A DNA stretch of 58,080 bases from an uncultured virus (IMG/VR IMGVR_UViG_3300042894_007211) (taxonomy: Duplodnaviria; Heunggongvirae; Uroviricota; Caudoviricetes), in the IMG/VR virus record IMGVR_UViG_3300042894_007211; one strand, given 5' to 3'. Shown one piece after another: positions 39,274-49,193 of this stretch. How positions within the stretch are numbered: the first letter of the stretch is position 1; every line of letters starts with the position of its first letter. The notes beneath the pieces are model-generated. The model did no database searches, was not told the origin of the DNA, and worked only from the letters and a program-made list of their open reading frames with translations. The position numbers were made by a program, and so were the translations under genes.

Positions 39274-39774
39274 TTAAATCAAATATGTTTCAGAGCTAAC
39301 TAATTGATAATCTAAATAATCTCTGTGAACTTCTAAAAAATCCTCTCGCCATTTCACAGTAGTGATGATATAATGGTATCCAACAAATGTCATAGCCAGT
39401 TCTAAATTTTCAATATTAAATTCTTCATCGTAAAATTCGAATCTGAGTATGTCACCATTTATCCTATCTTCGGTAATTAAATAAAGTTCATCTTTTGGAA
39501 CAAATTCAAAAATTTCTGACTTAATTTTTGAAATCTCATTTTCATAGATTAATTCATTGCTTTCATCATAAACTGAAATAAATACACTATCATCATTATC
39601 TAATAAACCACACACTATAATACTTGCCTCTGTTTTATCTTCTAAATTGAGTTCAATAAGTGTATTAATATCGGATAAATCTAATTCTTTTGCCTTTTGA
39701 TGTGTTTCTTGACTTATGGTAAATAAGTATGCCTCTATGGCGTTTCCGGATAAAATAACTGAATATTTATTCAT
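39274..39774 (-). CDS. Acidic hypothetical protein (paralog family)
   Basis: Similar to 43158 and 46828 ORFs. Confidence 0.7.
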   Translation of the reverse strand: MNKYSVILSGNAIEAYLFTISQETHQKAKELDLSDINTLIELNLEDKTEASIIVCGLLDNDDSVFISVYDESNELIYENEISKIKSEIFEFVPKDELYLITEDRINGDILRFEFYDEEFNIENLELAMTFVGYHYIITTVKWREDFLEVHRDYLDYQLVSSETYLI

Positions 39775-40058
39775 ATATTTATTTCAATTTTATTTTCAAT
39801 TTTGTATTGTGTCCATTCTTCTTCACCCATAAGATTTGGAAATCTTTCATCACCATTACAAGAGACTGTTACGTATAATTTACCAGGAACAGTACAACCA
39901 CAATACTTACAGGCTCCTTCACTCAAACAGTCCTGACAAATAAGACTTCTCCAAGCAACTTGTTCTCTTACATGTTTTGGTAAAAGATAAAACATATCAC
40001 CTAACATCTTCAAATTTCCTTCTAAATACTGTCTAATTTTTTCAGGTGTAATCATCAA
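39771..40058 (-). CDS. Cys-rich hypothetical protein
   Basis: CQDC..CKYCGC..C. Confidence 0.7.
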   Translation of the reverse strand: MMITPEKIRQYLEGNLKMLGDMFYLLPKHVREQVAWRSLICQDCLSEGACKYCGCTVPGKLYVTVSCNGDERFPNLMGEEEWTQYKIENKIEINI

Positions 40059-40149
40059 AAAATTTTTTTTAATAGTTATATAGAATATAATCGAAATGGT
40101 TTAAAGAGAATATATTCGAGGATATATACAATAAAAAATATCTAAAATT

Positions 40150-41568
40150 ATGAAAATTATAAATTTTTTATCTTTGGTATTTGGTCTAATCATTTTTACA
40201 TCTTGTGAAGAAAGTGGTCCAGAAAATCAAAGGTTTATAAGAAAAGAAATTCATTCACCAGAGGCATTAGAAGATGTTAAGGCAATGAATAAAGCCTTAG
40301 AAATAATGAAGTCAAAAGGATGTCAGGATCCACTTAGTTGGTATTATCAGGGCGCAATTCACTGGGTCCCGGATTCAATTCCAAACAACCAATTTTGTGA
40401 TAGCTACCACACTTTCGTAGATAGTAAATTGGCTTGGAGAAATTGTACACATTCAAAATCTAAGGAAGAAGAAATACATTTTTTAGTTTGGCACAGAATG
40501 TATATTTGGCATTTTGAAAAGATTGTAAGAAAGTTGTCAGGTAAAAAAGATTTTGCTCTTCCATACTGGGACTATACTTCAGGTGATAAGTCAAAGATGT
40601 CACTGCATCCGCTTTTTAGAAATAATAAATCTTATTTATATGAAGACTGTAGATTTGATTCAATCAATAAAGGTTATCCAATTGAAGGTGAGGTAGAAAG
40701 AGCACTTGATATTACAAAATTGATGACCTATACTAGTTATGAGTTATTTAATAAAAATATGGATAGAGCACCACACGGAACAATTCATGATTACATTGGT
40801 CATGGAAATGATTATAATGATGGAAAACTGTGGTTTGATAATCCAATCACTGGAAAAAAATCACACGATGGTTTAATGGGTTGGGTACCAACTGCTGGTT
40901 TCGATCCAATCTTTTGGACACACCATTCAAACATTGATAGAATTTGGCAAAAATGGACTAATTCAGATAATGGTCAAATGATTACATTAGAATTATTAAA
41001 GTCAGTCGAGTGGCCTTACATCTTTTTTGATGAGAATGGCAAAGAAGTAAGGTATACACCAGAACAAATTTACAAGATACTTTATAGTATGGACTATGAT
41101 TATGATGATGCTAAAGTTGAGCCTAAATTAAATCAAATGCCTGTTAAGTTTTCAAATAAACAATTAATCAGTCAATTAAATCCTAAGACTTTATTAAGTG
41201 GTCAAAATACTAAAATTAATTTAGAAAATACTTTAGATGTAAAATCTAAGAGTGTTGTTATTGAAATTGAAGCTTCTTATAAAGAGGTACCATCTGGAGT
41301 TTACGAAGTTTATTTAAACACTAAACAAAGAAAAACAGGATCTAAAAACTTTGTTGGATTTATGACATTCTTTGGTGAAGATCACAAATCACCAGGCAAA
41401 TCTTGTAAAAATGGATGTTGTCAGGCGGTGACAACTGATGGTAGAACAAAGATGAAATTTGTTTTTCAACATAGTTTAGAAAAGAATTGGCAATTTCATT
41501 TTTACAATCACAATGGTTATTCAACAGGTGATTTACGAATAGATAAAATTACAATTAGAAAAAATTAA
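40150..41568 (+). CDS. Tyrosinase/polyphenol oxidase (type-3 copper), lipoprotein
   Basis: FTSC lipobox; CuA IHW..CTH..WHR; LPYWD; CuB PHGTIH..FDPIFWTHH. Confidence 0.9.
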   Translation: MKIINFLSLVFGLIIFTSCEESGPENQRFIRKEIHSPEALEDVKAMNKALEIMKSKGCQDPLSWYYQGAIHWVPDSIPNNQFCDSYHTFVDSKLAWRNCTHSKSKEEEIHFLVWHRMYIWHFEKIVRKLSGKKDFALPYWDYTSGDKSKMSLHPLFRNNKSYLYEDCRFDSINKGYPIEGEVERALDITKLMTYTSYELFNKNMDRAPHGTIHDYIGHGNDYNDGKLWFDNPITGKKSHDGLMGWVPTAGFDPIFWTHHSNIDRIWQKWTNSDNGQMITLELLKSVEWPYIFFDENGKEVRYTPEQIYKILYSMDYDYDDAKVEPKLNQMPVKFSNKQLISQLNPKTLLSGQNTKINLENTLDVKSKSVVIEIEASYKEVPSGVYEVYLNTKQRKTGSKNFVGFMTFFGEDHKSPGKSCKNGCCQAVTTDGRTKMKFVFQHSLEKNWQFHFYNHNGYSTGDLRIDKITIRKN

Positions 41569-41599
41569 AAAAAGAGTGGTGAATTTCACCACTCTTTTT
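41567..41599. terminator. Bidirectional terminator
   Basis: AAAAAGAGTGGTGAA-T-TTCACCACTCTTTTT. Confidence 0.85.
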
Positions 41600-41615
41600 C
41601 ATTTATAGAAATAAA

Positions 41616-41834
41616 TTAATCGAGCAACTTTCTTAATTTATCGTCTCTTAAGTCTTTTATAATTATATCTTTTGGTAGTCTATATGATGATCTTTTTCCA
41701 GTAGTATGAAGATAGTAAATTTTCAAGTGGTCACCATCATCTATAAAACCATTATAAGACCATTCTTCAGGAATAGAGCCTTTTGATTTCATAAAATGAA
41801 AATACCTCTCGACGTTTTCTTTGTTGAAAATCAC
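41616..41834 (-). CDS. C-tagged small protein
   Basis: Ends LRDDKLRKLLD. Confidence 0.7.
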   Translation of the reverse strand: MIFNKENVERYFHFMKSKGSIPEEWSYNGFIDDGDHLKIYYLHTTGKRSSYRLPKDIIIKDLRDDKLRKLLD

Positions 41835-42040
41835 TGGTCTAAAATAGAATCGTTTTTAGGTTTGATAAGTTTTTGTGTAACATAAAGATGATAGGTGATA
41901 AGACTTGCCAAAGAAACAGAAGAAGTCATCCAAGCAATGGTCTCCATCAAATTTCCTTCATTAAATGTTAGGTAGCTACAAAATGTTGAAGCTACAAAAC
42001 AAAAGCACCAAATAAAGAATAGAGTGTTAAATGTTTTCAT
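41831..42040 (-). CDS. Small two-TM membrane protein
   Basis: Hydrophobic helices; resembles MKRHFVF ORF ending at 33612. Confidence 0.6.
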   Translation of the reverse strand: MKTFNTLFFIWCFCFVASTFCSYLTFNEGNLMETIAWMTSSVSLASLITYHLYVTQKLIKPKNDSILDQ

Positions 42041-42093
42041 AATTTTTTGTTTTTTATAGTTTTTAATTATTTAAAAGTTCAATATATAAAAGT

Positions 42094-42333
42094 ATGAGAG
42101 TTGTATTGGCTTCGTTATTTTTATTCTTATTTAACTACTGTTTTACTCAAGATACTTTGAAATCAAGTTTTGATTTTACAATTTATAAAGAGGGTAAGAT
42201 AGTACAAAAAGAATTTAATAGCTCTCAAAATTATATAAAAATAGTATATCAATATGACGATTGTGGTGTTCTTATCAGAAGACTTTGGTATAACAAAGAT
42301 GGTATCGTCATTAGTGTTTGTTTAGACAATTAA
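42094..42333 (+). CDS. Small secreted protein
   Basis: Signal peptide. Confidence 0.6.
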   Translation: MRVVLASLFLFLFNYCFTQDTLKSSFDFTIYKEGKIVQKEFNSSQNYIKIVYQYDDCGVLIRRLWYNKDGIVISVCLDN

Positions 42334-42481
42334 CGAGTGGTAAAATAAGCAGCCCAAATAAAAATACCTAACCAAACTAATCCTTTAATTAAAAAGAAAA
42401 GAAATCCTACAAAACCAATACGTTTTAGCCACTTATTCATAAATTATATTAAAAAAGGAGACCAATTGGTCTCCTTAAGTA

Positions 42482-42697
42482 TTATTTAACGATTTGAGAT
42501 TTCATTTCTTTAGCTCGTAAGATAGCAACTTCTCGGTTTTTAAAACCACTTTCTACCATAGTTTTTCCACGAAATATACCGATTTCGGTAGATTTAGTAA
42601 CTGATTTACCTTTAACTGTTGAGGTTTTATCCGTTTGGCGGATTTTAAGACCTTCAACTTGACCGATAACTTTTCCTACATTTTTCTTTACTGCCAT
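42482..42697 (-). CDS. Small basic protein
   Basis: 71 aa, followed by terminator hairpin. Confidence 0.65.
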   Translation of the reverse strand: MAVKKNVGKVIGQVEGLKIRQTDKTSTVKGKSVTKSTEIGIFRGKTMVESGFKNREVAILRAKEMKSQIVK

Positions 42698-42749
42698 TTC
42701 TTTTAAATTTTTAAGTGATTAATAATAGTACAAATTTAATATCTTTTTT

Positions 42750-43151
42750 TTAATTCTCCAAATATTTTTTCAAAATATTTTCACAATTTTCTTTCCATTC
42801 AAAGTGGTCAACATGTAATGGTTTACAGCTATCACCAATTTCAAGAATATCCATTAGTTCAAATTCATCATCATCTAAGTGAAAAATAAAAGATTTACCT
42901 TTTAGAAATAAAGATTTAGACTCAGCACATGTAAAGTAAATATTATCTTTACTTATACCACACTGTTCAGCAACATCAAATACTTTTTCATTTTGTCCTT
43001 TAATCCAGTGCCAATTTTTTTGCATAGCAGTATCATCATCAAATCTAGATGTTACTATCCAAACTTCTAATCCTTTACTTACTAATTCTTTAGCAAATAA
43101 TTGAACGTCTTTTCTCGATAAAGTTGAATCAAAATCAAAACTTACTTTCAT
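42750..43151 (-). CDS. HAD-superfamily protein
   Basis: DFDSTL motif I, VTSR, HLDDD. Confidence 0.8.
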   Translation of the reverse strand: MKVSFDFDSTLSRKDVQLFAKELVSKGLEVWIVTSRFDDDTAMQKNWHWIKGQNEKVFDVAEQCGISKDNIYFTCAESKSLFLKGKSFIFHLDDDEFELMDILEIGDSCKPLHVDHFEWKENCENILKKYLEN

Positions 43152-43157
43152 CTTTGT

Positions 43158-43697
43158 CTAAAAATTAACTTTAATATCAAATGATTTACCCGTAGTGTCA
43201 CCACCCCAGTTATCAATTTCTTCACCATCATAAGTAATCTCACCAATTAGATTTCCATAAAGATAACAGTCCTCAAGTCCAACATCTTCATGCATTACAA
43301 TTCTTAATTTTGATGGATCGAAATACCCATCAATTTCAATCTCACCTGAAAAGAAATTACCTTTTTCTTGACTGCAACAAACAATACAATTTACATCTTC
43401 TTTTGGAAAATATTTATCTTCATATTCTAAAATTCCTTCTTCAAAATAATCTTCTAAATCAATTTTAAAAACTTCATTTCTTTCTTCATCTTCCACTGTT
43501 AAGGTAGAACAATCACTTGCACCAAAGTTGTGATAGATATCATCAGTTTCAGCCCAATGTCCAAAATCATCTTCCCACACTACATCATATAAATCTTCTT
43601 TGTCTGCCTCAGAGATTAATTTTGTTTGATCTTCTGTTAATCGACCAATGGTAATTTCACAACCATATCCATAAACATTAATTGTGTATTTCTTCAT
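43158..43697 (-). CDS. Acidic hypothetical protein (paralog family)
   Basis: MKKYTINVYGYG..EKG..FDPSKL. Confidence 0.75.
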   Translation of the reverse strand: MKKYTINVYGYGCEITIGRLTEDQTKLISEADKEDLYDVVWEDDFGHWAETDDIYHNFGASDCSTLTVEDEERNEVFKIDLEDYFEEGILEYEDKYFPKEDVNCIVCCSQEKGNFFSGEIEIDGYFDPSKLRIVMHEDVGLEDCYLYGNLIGEITYDGEEIDNWGGDTTGKSFDIKVNF

Positions 43698-43750
43698 AAT
43701 AATAAATTTTTAGTAAATATAAGAAATTATTTTAAATAAAAAAAGAGATG

Positions 43751-44176
43751 TTAAACATCTCTTCCAAAAATTTTCTTTTCGATATAATCATCGATTTCAC
43801 CTTTAGTTCCCTTTTTCAATTCAGAATGAATTTTCTTAGTGACTTTTTTAAGTTCTGAAATTGCTTTATTAAAATCTTTAAAAGAAGCACAATCTTCTAA
43901 GCTGTCAGCTTTTTCGGATTTACTTTCTTCCATTTTTTGCATATAGTCAAGTGTATCTTCTACTTCATCTTCAGTATAAGCGGTTATTTTATGTGTAACT
44001 GGACTATATTCGTTTCTAGTATTTGTTGGAAAGTTTTGTTTATCAGAGTTAGGTTGATAACTTCTTTTAACTTTTTTAAGTTTTTCTTTTTCTTCTTCCC
44101 AAGTATTACAAAAATCTCCGAAGTTTCTTACCTTCGAATTTGTATTAAATGTCGGTGTATTATCTTTGTATGTCAT
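43751..44176 (-). CDS. Charged hypothetical protein
   Basis: TAATATATA upstream. Confidence 0.7.
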   Translation of the reverse strand: MTYKDNTPTFNTNSKVRNFGDFCNTWEEEKEKLKKVKRSYQPNSDKQNFPTNTRNEYSPVTHKITAYTEDEVEDTLDYMQKMEESKSEKADSLEDCASFKDFNKAISELKKVTKKIHSELKKGTKGEIDDYIEKKIFGRDV

Positions 44177-44230
44177 AGATAATTTTTTCTTTTATATATT
44201 AAAAGAAAAAAACCACTTTGTTAAAGTGGT

Positions 44231-44659
44231 TTAATCTAAAATCTGATTGATTTTTTCTTCTCGATAACTTGATGTATCCACATCTACTTCGACTACCTCA
44301 TAAAAAGAAACAGTTACCATTTTATAATATTCATTTACTTCATCTTCATTTGCTGATGGATGTAATCTGTTTTCAGTAGATTCCCAGGTGTAGTTTTTCT
44401 TAACTTCACCATACTTTTTAATAAGTGAGTTGTTAAACTCCTCAAATACATCCCACTCGACATTTACACAGTTTTCATATTCATATGCAAAATCAGTAAT
44501 TGAACTTTCTTTATAAGCTTTAATATTTAGTTCTTTCACTTTTTCTTCTGCATCTTTCTTTGAGAAGCAAACAATTTTTGGAGTTCCGCCTTCGGTTTCG
44601 TTATAAATACTATCATCATATTCATAACCTTTTTTCATTACAATATAAGCTTTATTCAT
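44231..44659 (-). CDS. C-tagged hypothetical protein
   Basis: Ends YREEKINQILD. Confidence 0.75.
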   Translation of the reverse strand: MNKAYIVMKKGYEYDDSIYNETEGGTPKIVCFSKKDAEEKVKELNIKAYKESSITDFAYEYENCVNVEWDVFEEFNNSLIKKYGEVKKNYTWESTENRLHPSANEDEVNEYYKMVTVSFYEVVEVDVDTSSYREEKINQILD

Positions 44660-46451
44660 TTGTTTTATTTGTTAATTGATGTTTTACTAATTCTTTATAA
44701 TATTCACAATTTTCTAATAGATAATCATGAGTTCCTTCTGCTAACAATTCGCCTTGCTTAAGAACAAAAATCTTATCACAGTTTTTAACCGTTGAAAGAC
44801 GGTGTGCGATTATAATAGATGTCTTTTCTTTGGAAACGGCATCTATTGATTTTTGAACTACTCTTTCACTTACCGTGTCTAAAGCAGAAGTTGCTTCGTC
44901 AAAGATAAGTATTTCTGGGTTCTTAGCCAAAGCTCTCGCGATACCAATTCGTTGTTTTTCACCACCGGATACTTTAGCTCCACGTTCTCCAACAATGGTG
45001 TCCCAACCATGTTCCAGTTTTTTATAAAAGGCGTCAATACGAGCCATCTTTGATATCTTATTTAACTCTTCATCAGATAGAACCGTTTCGGTTCCATATG
45101 AAATATTATCACGAATACTTTTATCAAATAGATTTACTTCTTGATCCACACTTCCAATTTTCTTTAAGAATGATTTGAGTTCCAAGTCTCTTAAGTTATT
45201 ACCATTGATTAAAATTTCACCACATTGTGGATCAAATGCTCTTCTGACAAGGTTAGCAATTGTTGATTTACCAGAACCACTTTCACCAACAAAGGCAACT
45301 TTTTCACCTTCTTTAATTTTAAAGGATATACCTTTTAAGACCATTTCAGGTTGTAGTTCTTCTTCATCTTTATCATTATGATTTTTCTTTCTAACTGGAT
45401 AACTAAATTCAACATTTTTAAATTCTATATCTCCTGTGAGATTTTCAGAAATTGGATTTTCAATTTCTTCAACATCCGGTTTGATTTCAAGTAGTTCAAA
45501 ATATTTTTCAATGTTTATTTTATCGGTGATAAACTGTTTTTGCATATCAGTTATCATCCAAAGTGATATAATAAAATTTTGAGACCAAGTGAAAATAAGA
45601 AATATCGCACCGGCTGTAATATACCCATTAAATAATAACCAAACTGCAAATAGTATAGTTAAGTATCTAAAACCAGCAGTTCCTATTCTAATAAGTGTTA
45701 ATAAGTTATTACCTGGTATCCAAGTTCTTTGGAAAGCATCTTGATGAACGTCTTGAACATTGTCTAAATCACCTAATGATTTCTTTTCAGCTACTTCATT
45801 TTTAATTAAGAAAACAAAACGGTATAATTCAGAAATAGTTCTAGCTGTTTGGTTTCTAGCATCTCTTACTTCTCTTAATTTAGGTTGTAGATACTTGTTA
45901 AATTTATAAACCGACCATAAGAAAAGAATTGATATTCCTAAATATGAAAATCCAATAACGGAGCTTATGTAGAATAACATAACAATTGAAACAATAAAAT
46001 TGGCAATTGCTGGAAAAAGATGATAAACAAACATCTGAATTTGTCCTTGAACTGAAGTGAACCCAGCTGTTATAATATTTTGTTTAACACCAGAGTGTTC
46101 ATTTATATGTTGGCCATTTGAGAAATTAAAATACTTTGCTATTGAATAATGATTAAGATGATTAGACGCTTTAATATCTAAGTTTCTAATTTCAATATTT
46201 CCTTGAAATCGAATAATGAGTATTCGAATGAGAACTCCAATACCTGCAAATCCTGCAAACATTAAAGCAGTAGACATGTATTGAGGATCATTAGAATGCT
46301 TTTGTATAACATCAAAGATGTTACTTAAAAAGTAGGTACCAACTGCTTCGATAATTGAAGTAAGAAGTATACAAATAAAAATAATTCCGATTGTTTTTCT
46401 AAAGGGCTTAGCGAATTCCCAAATTCGTTTTATTAACGTCCAATTTGTCAT
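44652..46451 (-). CDS. ABC transporter, fused TMD-NBD (ABCB/MsbA-like)
   Basis: TM helices; GESGSGKS; VSGGEKQR; LIFDEATSALD; IAHRL. Confidence 0.93.
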   Translation of the reverse strand: MTNWTLIKRIWEFAKPFRKTIGIIFICILLTSIIEAVGTYFLSNIFDVIQKHSNDPQYMSTALMFAGFAGIGVLIRILIIRFQGNIEIRNLDIKASNHLNHYSIAKYFNFSNGQHINEHSGVKQNIITAGFTSVQGQIQMFVYHLFPAIANFIVSIVMLFYISSVIGFSYLGISILFLWSVYKFNKYLQPKLREVRDARNQTARTISELYRFVFLIKNEVAEKKSLGDLDNVQDVHQDAFQRTWIPGNNLLTLIRIGTAGFRYLTILFAVWLLFNGYITAGAIFLIFTWSQNFIISLWMITDMQKQFITDKINIEKYFELLEIKPDVEEIENPISENLTGDIEFKNVEFSYPVRKKNHNDKDEEELQPEMVLKGISFKIKEGEKVAFVGESGSGKSTIANLVRRAFDPQCGEILINGNNLRDLELKSFLKKIGSVDQEVNLFDKSIRDNISYGTETVLSDEELNKISKMARIDAFYKKLEHGWDTIVGERGAKVSGGEKQRIGIARALAKNPEILIFDEATSALDTVSERVVQKSIDAVSKEKTSIIIAHRLSTVKNCDKIFVLKQGELLAEGTHDYLLENCEYYKELVKHQLTNKTNE

Positions 46452-46826
46452 TTATTCAGGTTTATAGGTTTCACCTTTAATTCGTAAAACAATAACTGGG
46501 TTGTTAGGATCGTTTGTTGTTACAGTTACGCTTTTATTGATGAAACCTGGATTAGCATTATAATATTTTACAGTGATAGAACTACCTGTTCCAGCCGCGA
46601 CAGTTTTTGGAAAATCAGCAACTGTGCAACCACAAGAACCTTTAGCTTCATAAATTTCTAAAACAGAGATACCTCTATTCTTAAACCAAAATTGAGTTAC
46701 TAAGGTATCACCAGTGAATTCAACTCTACCAAAATCGTGATTTAGTTCAGCAAAGTCGACTAGTGATTGCGAATAAGAAGCTAATGAGATTAGTCCAAAA
46801 ACGAATGTTAAAATTAAATTTTTCAT
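46452..46826 (-). CDS. DUF1573 domain protein
   Basis: Signal peptide; FKNRG...SCGCT...TND. Confidence 0.8.
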   Translation of the reverse strand: MKNLILTFVFGLISLASYSQSLVDFAELNHDFGRVEFTGDTLVTQFWFKNRGISVLEIYEAKGSCGCTVADFPKTVAAGTGSSITVKYYNANPGFINKSVTVTTNDPNNPVIVLRIKGETYKPE

Positions 46827-46827
46827 A

Positions 46828-47364
46828 TTACCAATTATTTTTATAAAGTATATAGTTAAATCCTTTAGACCAATAATCTCTATATTCTTTAGTATCTGAT
46901 AAATCATCACCATCATAAATAAAACTTGTGATGATATCTCTTACTTCGGCTACTTCAGTAATTATTGGAATTAATTTATCTGGATTAAATTCTTCTTCTG
47001 TTTCTAAATAGAATGTGAAAAATTCACCTTTCACATAATCTTCAACTGCTAAATAGTCACTTCCTTCAATTCCGCCATCTTTCCACTCTGTATCGACGAA
47101 TCCGCTATCATTTTCCGAATTCCAAACTTCTTCGCCGGTCTCTTCGTTCATCACAGAAATAAAACACTCGCTAAGATAAGCTCCGGTTACCATATGTTCA
47201 GAGGATGAAAAAAGGTCCTCAAATTCTAAATATTCACATATTTCATCATAAGATATGTTGTCTGATTCGACATCATTTTCTTGTAAATAGTTAAATTGTT
47301 CTTCCGTAATTGGGAAAATTGCAATATCGCCGCCTCTTCCACTTAAACTGATTGTATATTTCAT
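46828..47364 (-). CDS. Acidic hypothetical protein (paralog family)
   Basis: MKYTISLSGRG..VKG..FNPDKL. Confidence 0.75.
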   Translation of the reverse strand: MKYTISLSGRGGDIAIFPITEEQFNYLQENDVESDNISYDEICEYLEFEDLFSSSEHMVTGAYLSECFISVMNEETGEEVWNSENDSGFVDTEWKDGGIEGSDYLAVEDYVKGEFFTFYLETEEEFNPDKLIPIITEVAEVRDIITSFIYDGDDLSDTKEYRDYWSKGFNYILYKNNW

Positions 47365-47371
47365 AGCTAAA

Positions 47372-48097
47372 TTATTTAGTAAGTACTTCTCTGTTGTAGT
47401 AATCATCAAAACCTTCAAGCATTTTCTCCATAGAGCTATCACCGATAACCTCATCGATTAAACCAAACTGAAGTGCTTCATGTGAATTGAACCATTTATC
47501 TCTACGAGAAGACTCAATCATTTCCTCAAATGTTTTACCACAGTTTTGTGCTAAAATGTTAAATAAGATATAATTGTATTTGTGTCCTTCAATGTGTGAG
47601 ATTGTTGTGTCCTGAATGTTTCCTTGCATTCCGTGAGAAACTTGGTGTGTCATAACTCGTGAGTTAAGGAGCGAAGAACGCTTTCCTTTTGTTCCTGATG
47701 AAAGAAGAACAGAACCCATTGATGCTGCCATTCCTGTATTGATTGTTTGGATATCCGAATTGATATAGTTCATAACATCAATCATTGATAGTCCTGACTT
47801 AACTGATCCACCTGGACTGTCAATGTGCATTGTAATATCTCGTTTCTCAACTGAATCCAAATACATAAGTTGAGCTTGAACAACTGTTGACATTTGGTCA
47901 TTTACAACACCAGCCACCCAAAGAATTCTATCTCTCATTAATCGTGAGAAGATATCCATTTGTGTTACACGCATTTCTCTTTCTTCTAAGATGTAAGGTG
48001 TCATTGATGCTTCAATTTGTTCCCCATAGTAATTGAGGTTCATTGATGAAATTCCTTCGCTTAGTGCGAATTTTTTAAAATCTTTTCCGTAATCCAT
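47372..48097 (-). CDS. clpP: ATP-dependent Clp protease proteolytic subunit
   Basis: DIFSRLMRDRI, IDSPGGSV, AASMGS, MTHQ, EALQFGLID. Confidence 0.95.
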   Translation of the reverse strand: MDYGKDFKKFALSEGISSMNLNYYGEQIEASMTPYILEEREMRVTQMDIFSRLMRDRILWVAGVVNDQMSTVVQAQLMYLDSVEKRDITMHIDSPGGSVKSGLSMIDVMNYINSDIQTINTGMAASMGSVLLSSGTKGKRSSLLNSRVMTHQVSHGMQGNIQDTTISHIEGHKYNYILFNILAQNCGKTFEEMIESSRRDKWFNSHEALQFGLIDEVIGDSSMEKMLEGFDDYYNREVLTK

Positions 48098-48157
48098 ATT
48101 ATTAAGTTTATAAAATTAATATACGAAGTTAAGGAAAAAGTTTAGAATGTTTATAAA

Positions 48158-48694
48158 TTATCTTGGAATTCCCCACATTTCATCTACTTCTATTCCAAAT
48201 TCAGAAAGTATATTTTCTAATTCAGCATGATTTACATCATTGTAATCAAGTATTAAGTGGTCATGAAAATCAACATTAAAATTAGCAGATACTCTTTGTT
48301 TTACTCCTGCTTCACTTTCATAAAAACAAAGATTAAAATTACCAGGCAATACAGAGTAGTGATGAACTTTACCCATATAAATCCAGTTTGTTTGGAAGTT
48401 TTTCTTTTCTGGATCTGGTTTACTATGAAACCAATCTGATTGAATATCACAATGAACCTCAACTCCAGGAAGCTCTGTATTAGAGGAACCCATTTTTCCA
48501 CCTAATCCAGTTGTATCAACTTTGTTTACAGTTTTAATAACAATGCCTTTATAAACCTGACTTATAGGAATTTGTTCAGTTGGTGGGGTAATTATACTTT
48601 TATCAAAAGCTTTTACAAGATCCATCATAGACTGATATCTTTCCGCTCTATTATCAGAAGTTATATTCTCATTAAATCTTTTTAGGTGTTTCAC
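48158..48694 (-). CDS. CTS-like protein
   Basis: MKHLKRFNE; TAATATATA at 48699-48707. Confidence 0.7.
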   Translation of the reverse strand: MKHLKRFNENITSDNRAERYQSMMDLVKAFDKSIITPPTEQIPISQVYKGIVIKTVNKVDTTGLGGKMGSSNTELPGVEVHCDIQSDWFHSKPDPEKKNFQTNWIYMGKVHHYSVLPGNFNLCFYESEAGVKQRVSANFNVDFHDHLILDYNDVNHAELENILSEFGIEVDEMWGIPR

Positions 48695-48732
48695 ATTGTA
48701 TATATTAAATTTTTTATTATATTTGGCGTAAT

Positions 48733-49071
48733 ATGAGAATTATATCAAATAGTAAGGGTGATTATGTTCAGGTGTTAGAGGAGTTCCTAGGAATAACCTT
48801 AACAACAGAAAATGAAGTTCGGTGGAGTGTTGTTCTTTATCACGGTGAGGTTATGATATTTCATGAGCCCTCAACTAAATTATATACTAAAGATGAATTC
48901 ATTGAGTATAAAGATAATTTAGGATTAGCTCAATGGCGAAGTTCTTCTCTTAAAAAAGATAGAATGAAACTTTTTGATGAGCTCTTAAAATCTCTTATTA
49001 AATTTGAGAGAGAATTAAAAATAGATAAAGTCTTAAGAGATGAAAATGAATATCAATATTGGCTATGTTAA
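48733..49071 (+). CDS. C-tagged hypothetical protein
   Basis: FERELKIDKVL near end; TATATTTG at 48718-48725. Confidence 0.7.
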   Translation: MRIISNSKGDYVQVLEEFLGITLTTENEVRWSVVLYHGEVMIFHEPSTKLYTKDEFIEYKDNLGLAQWRSSSLKKDRMKLFDELLKSLIKFERELKIDKVLRDENEYQYWLC

Positions 49072-49193
49072 ATAACGAATTGAAATACTTTTATGAAAAT
49101 TTGTTAAAGACATCTGGTGTTCCCTTAAAATACTTTGGTGTCAAAAACATTATTAGAATGAATAAAATAAAAAGAATATTTAATGAAAATTGA
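49065..49193 (+). CDS. 42-aa C-tagged microprotein (not in ORF track)
   Basis: MLNNELKYFYENLLKTSGVPLKYFGVKNIIRMNKIKRIFNEN. Confidence 0.55.
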   Translation: MLNNELKYFYENLLKTSGVPLKYFGVKNIIRMNKIKRIFNEN

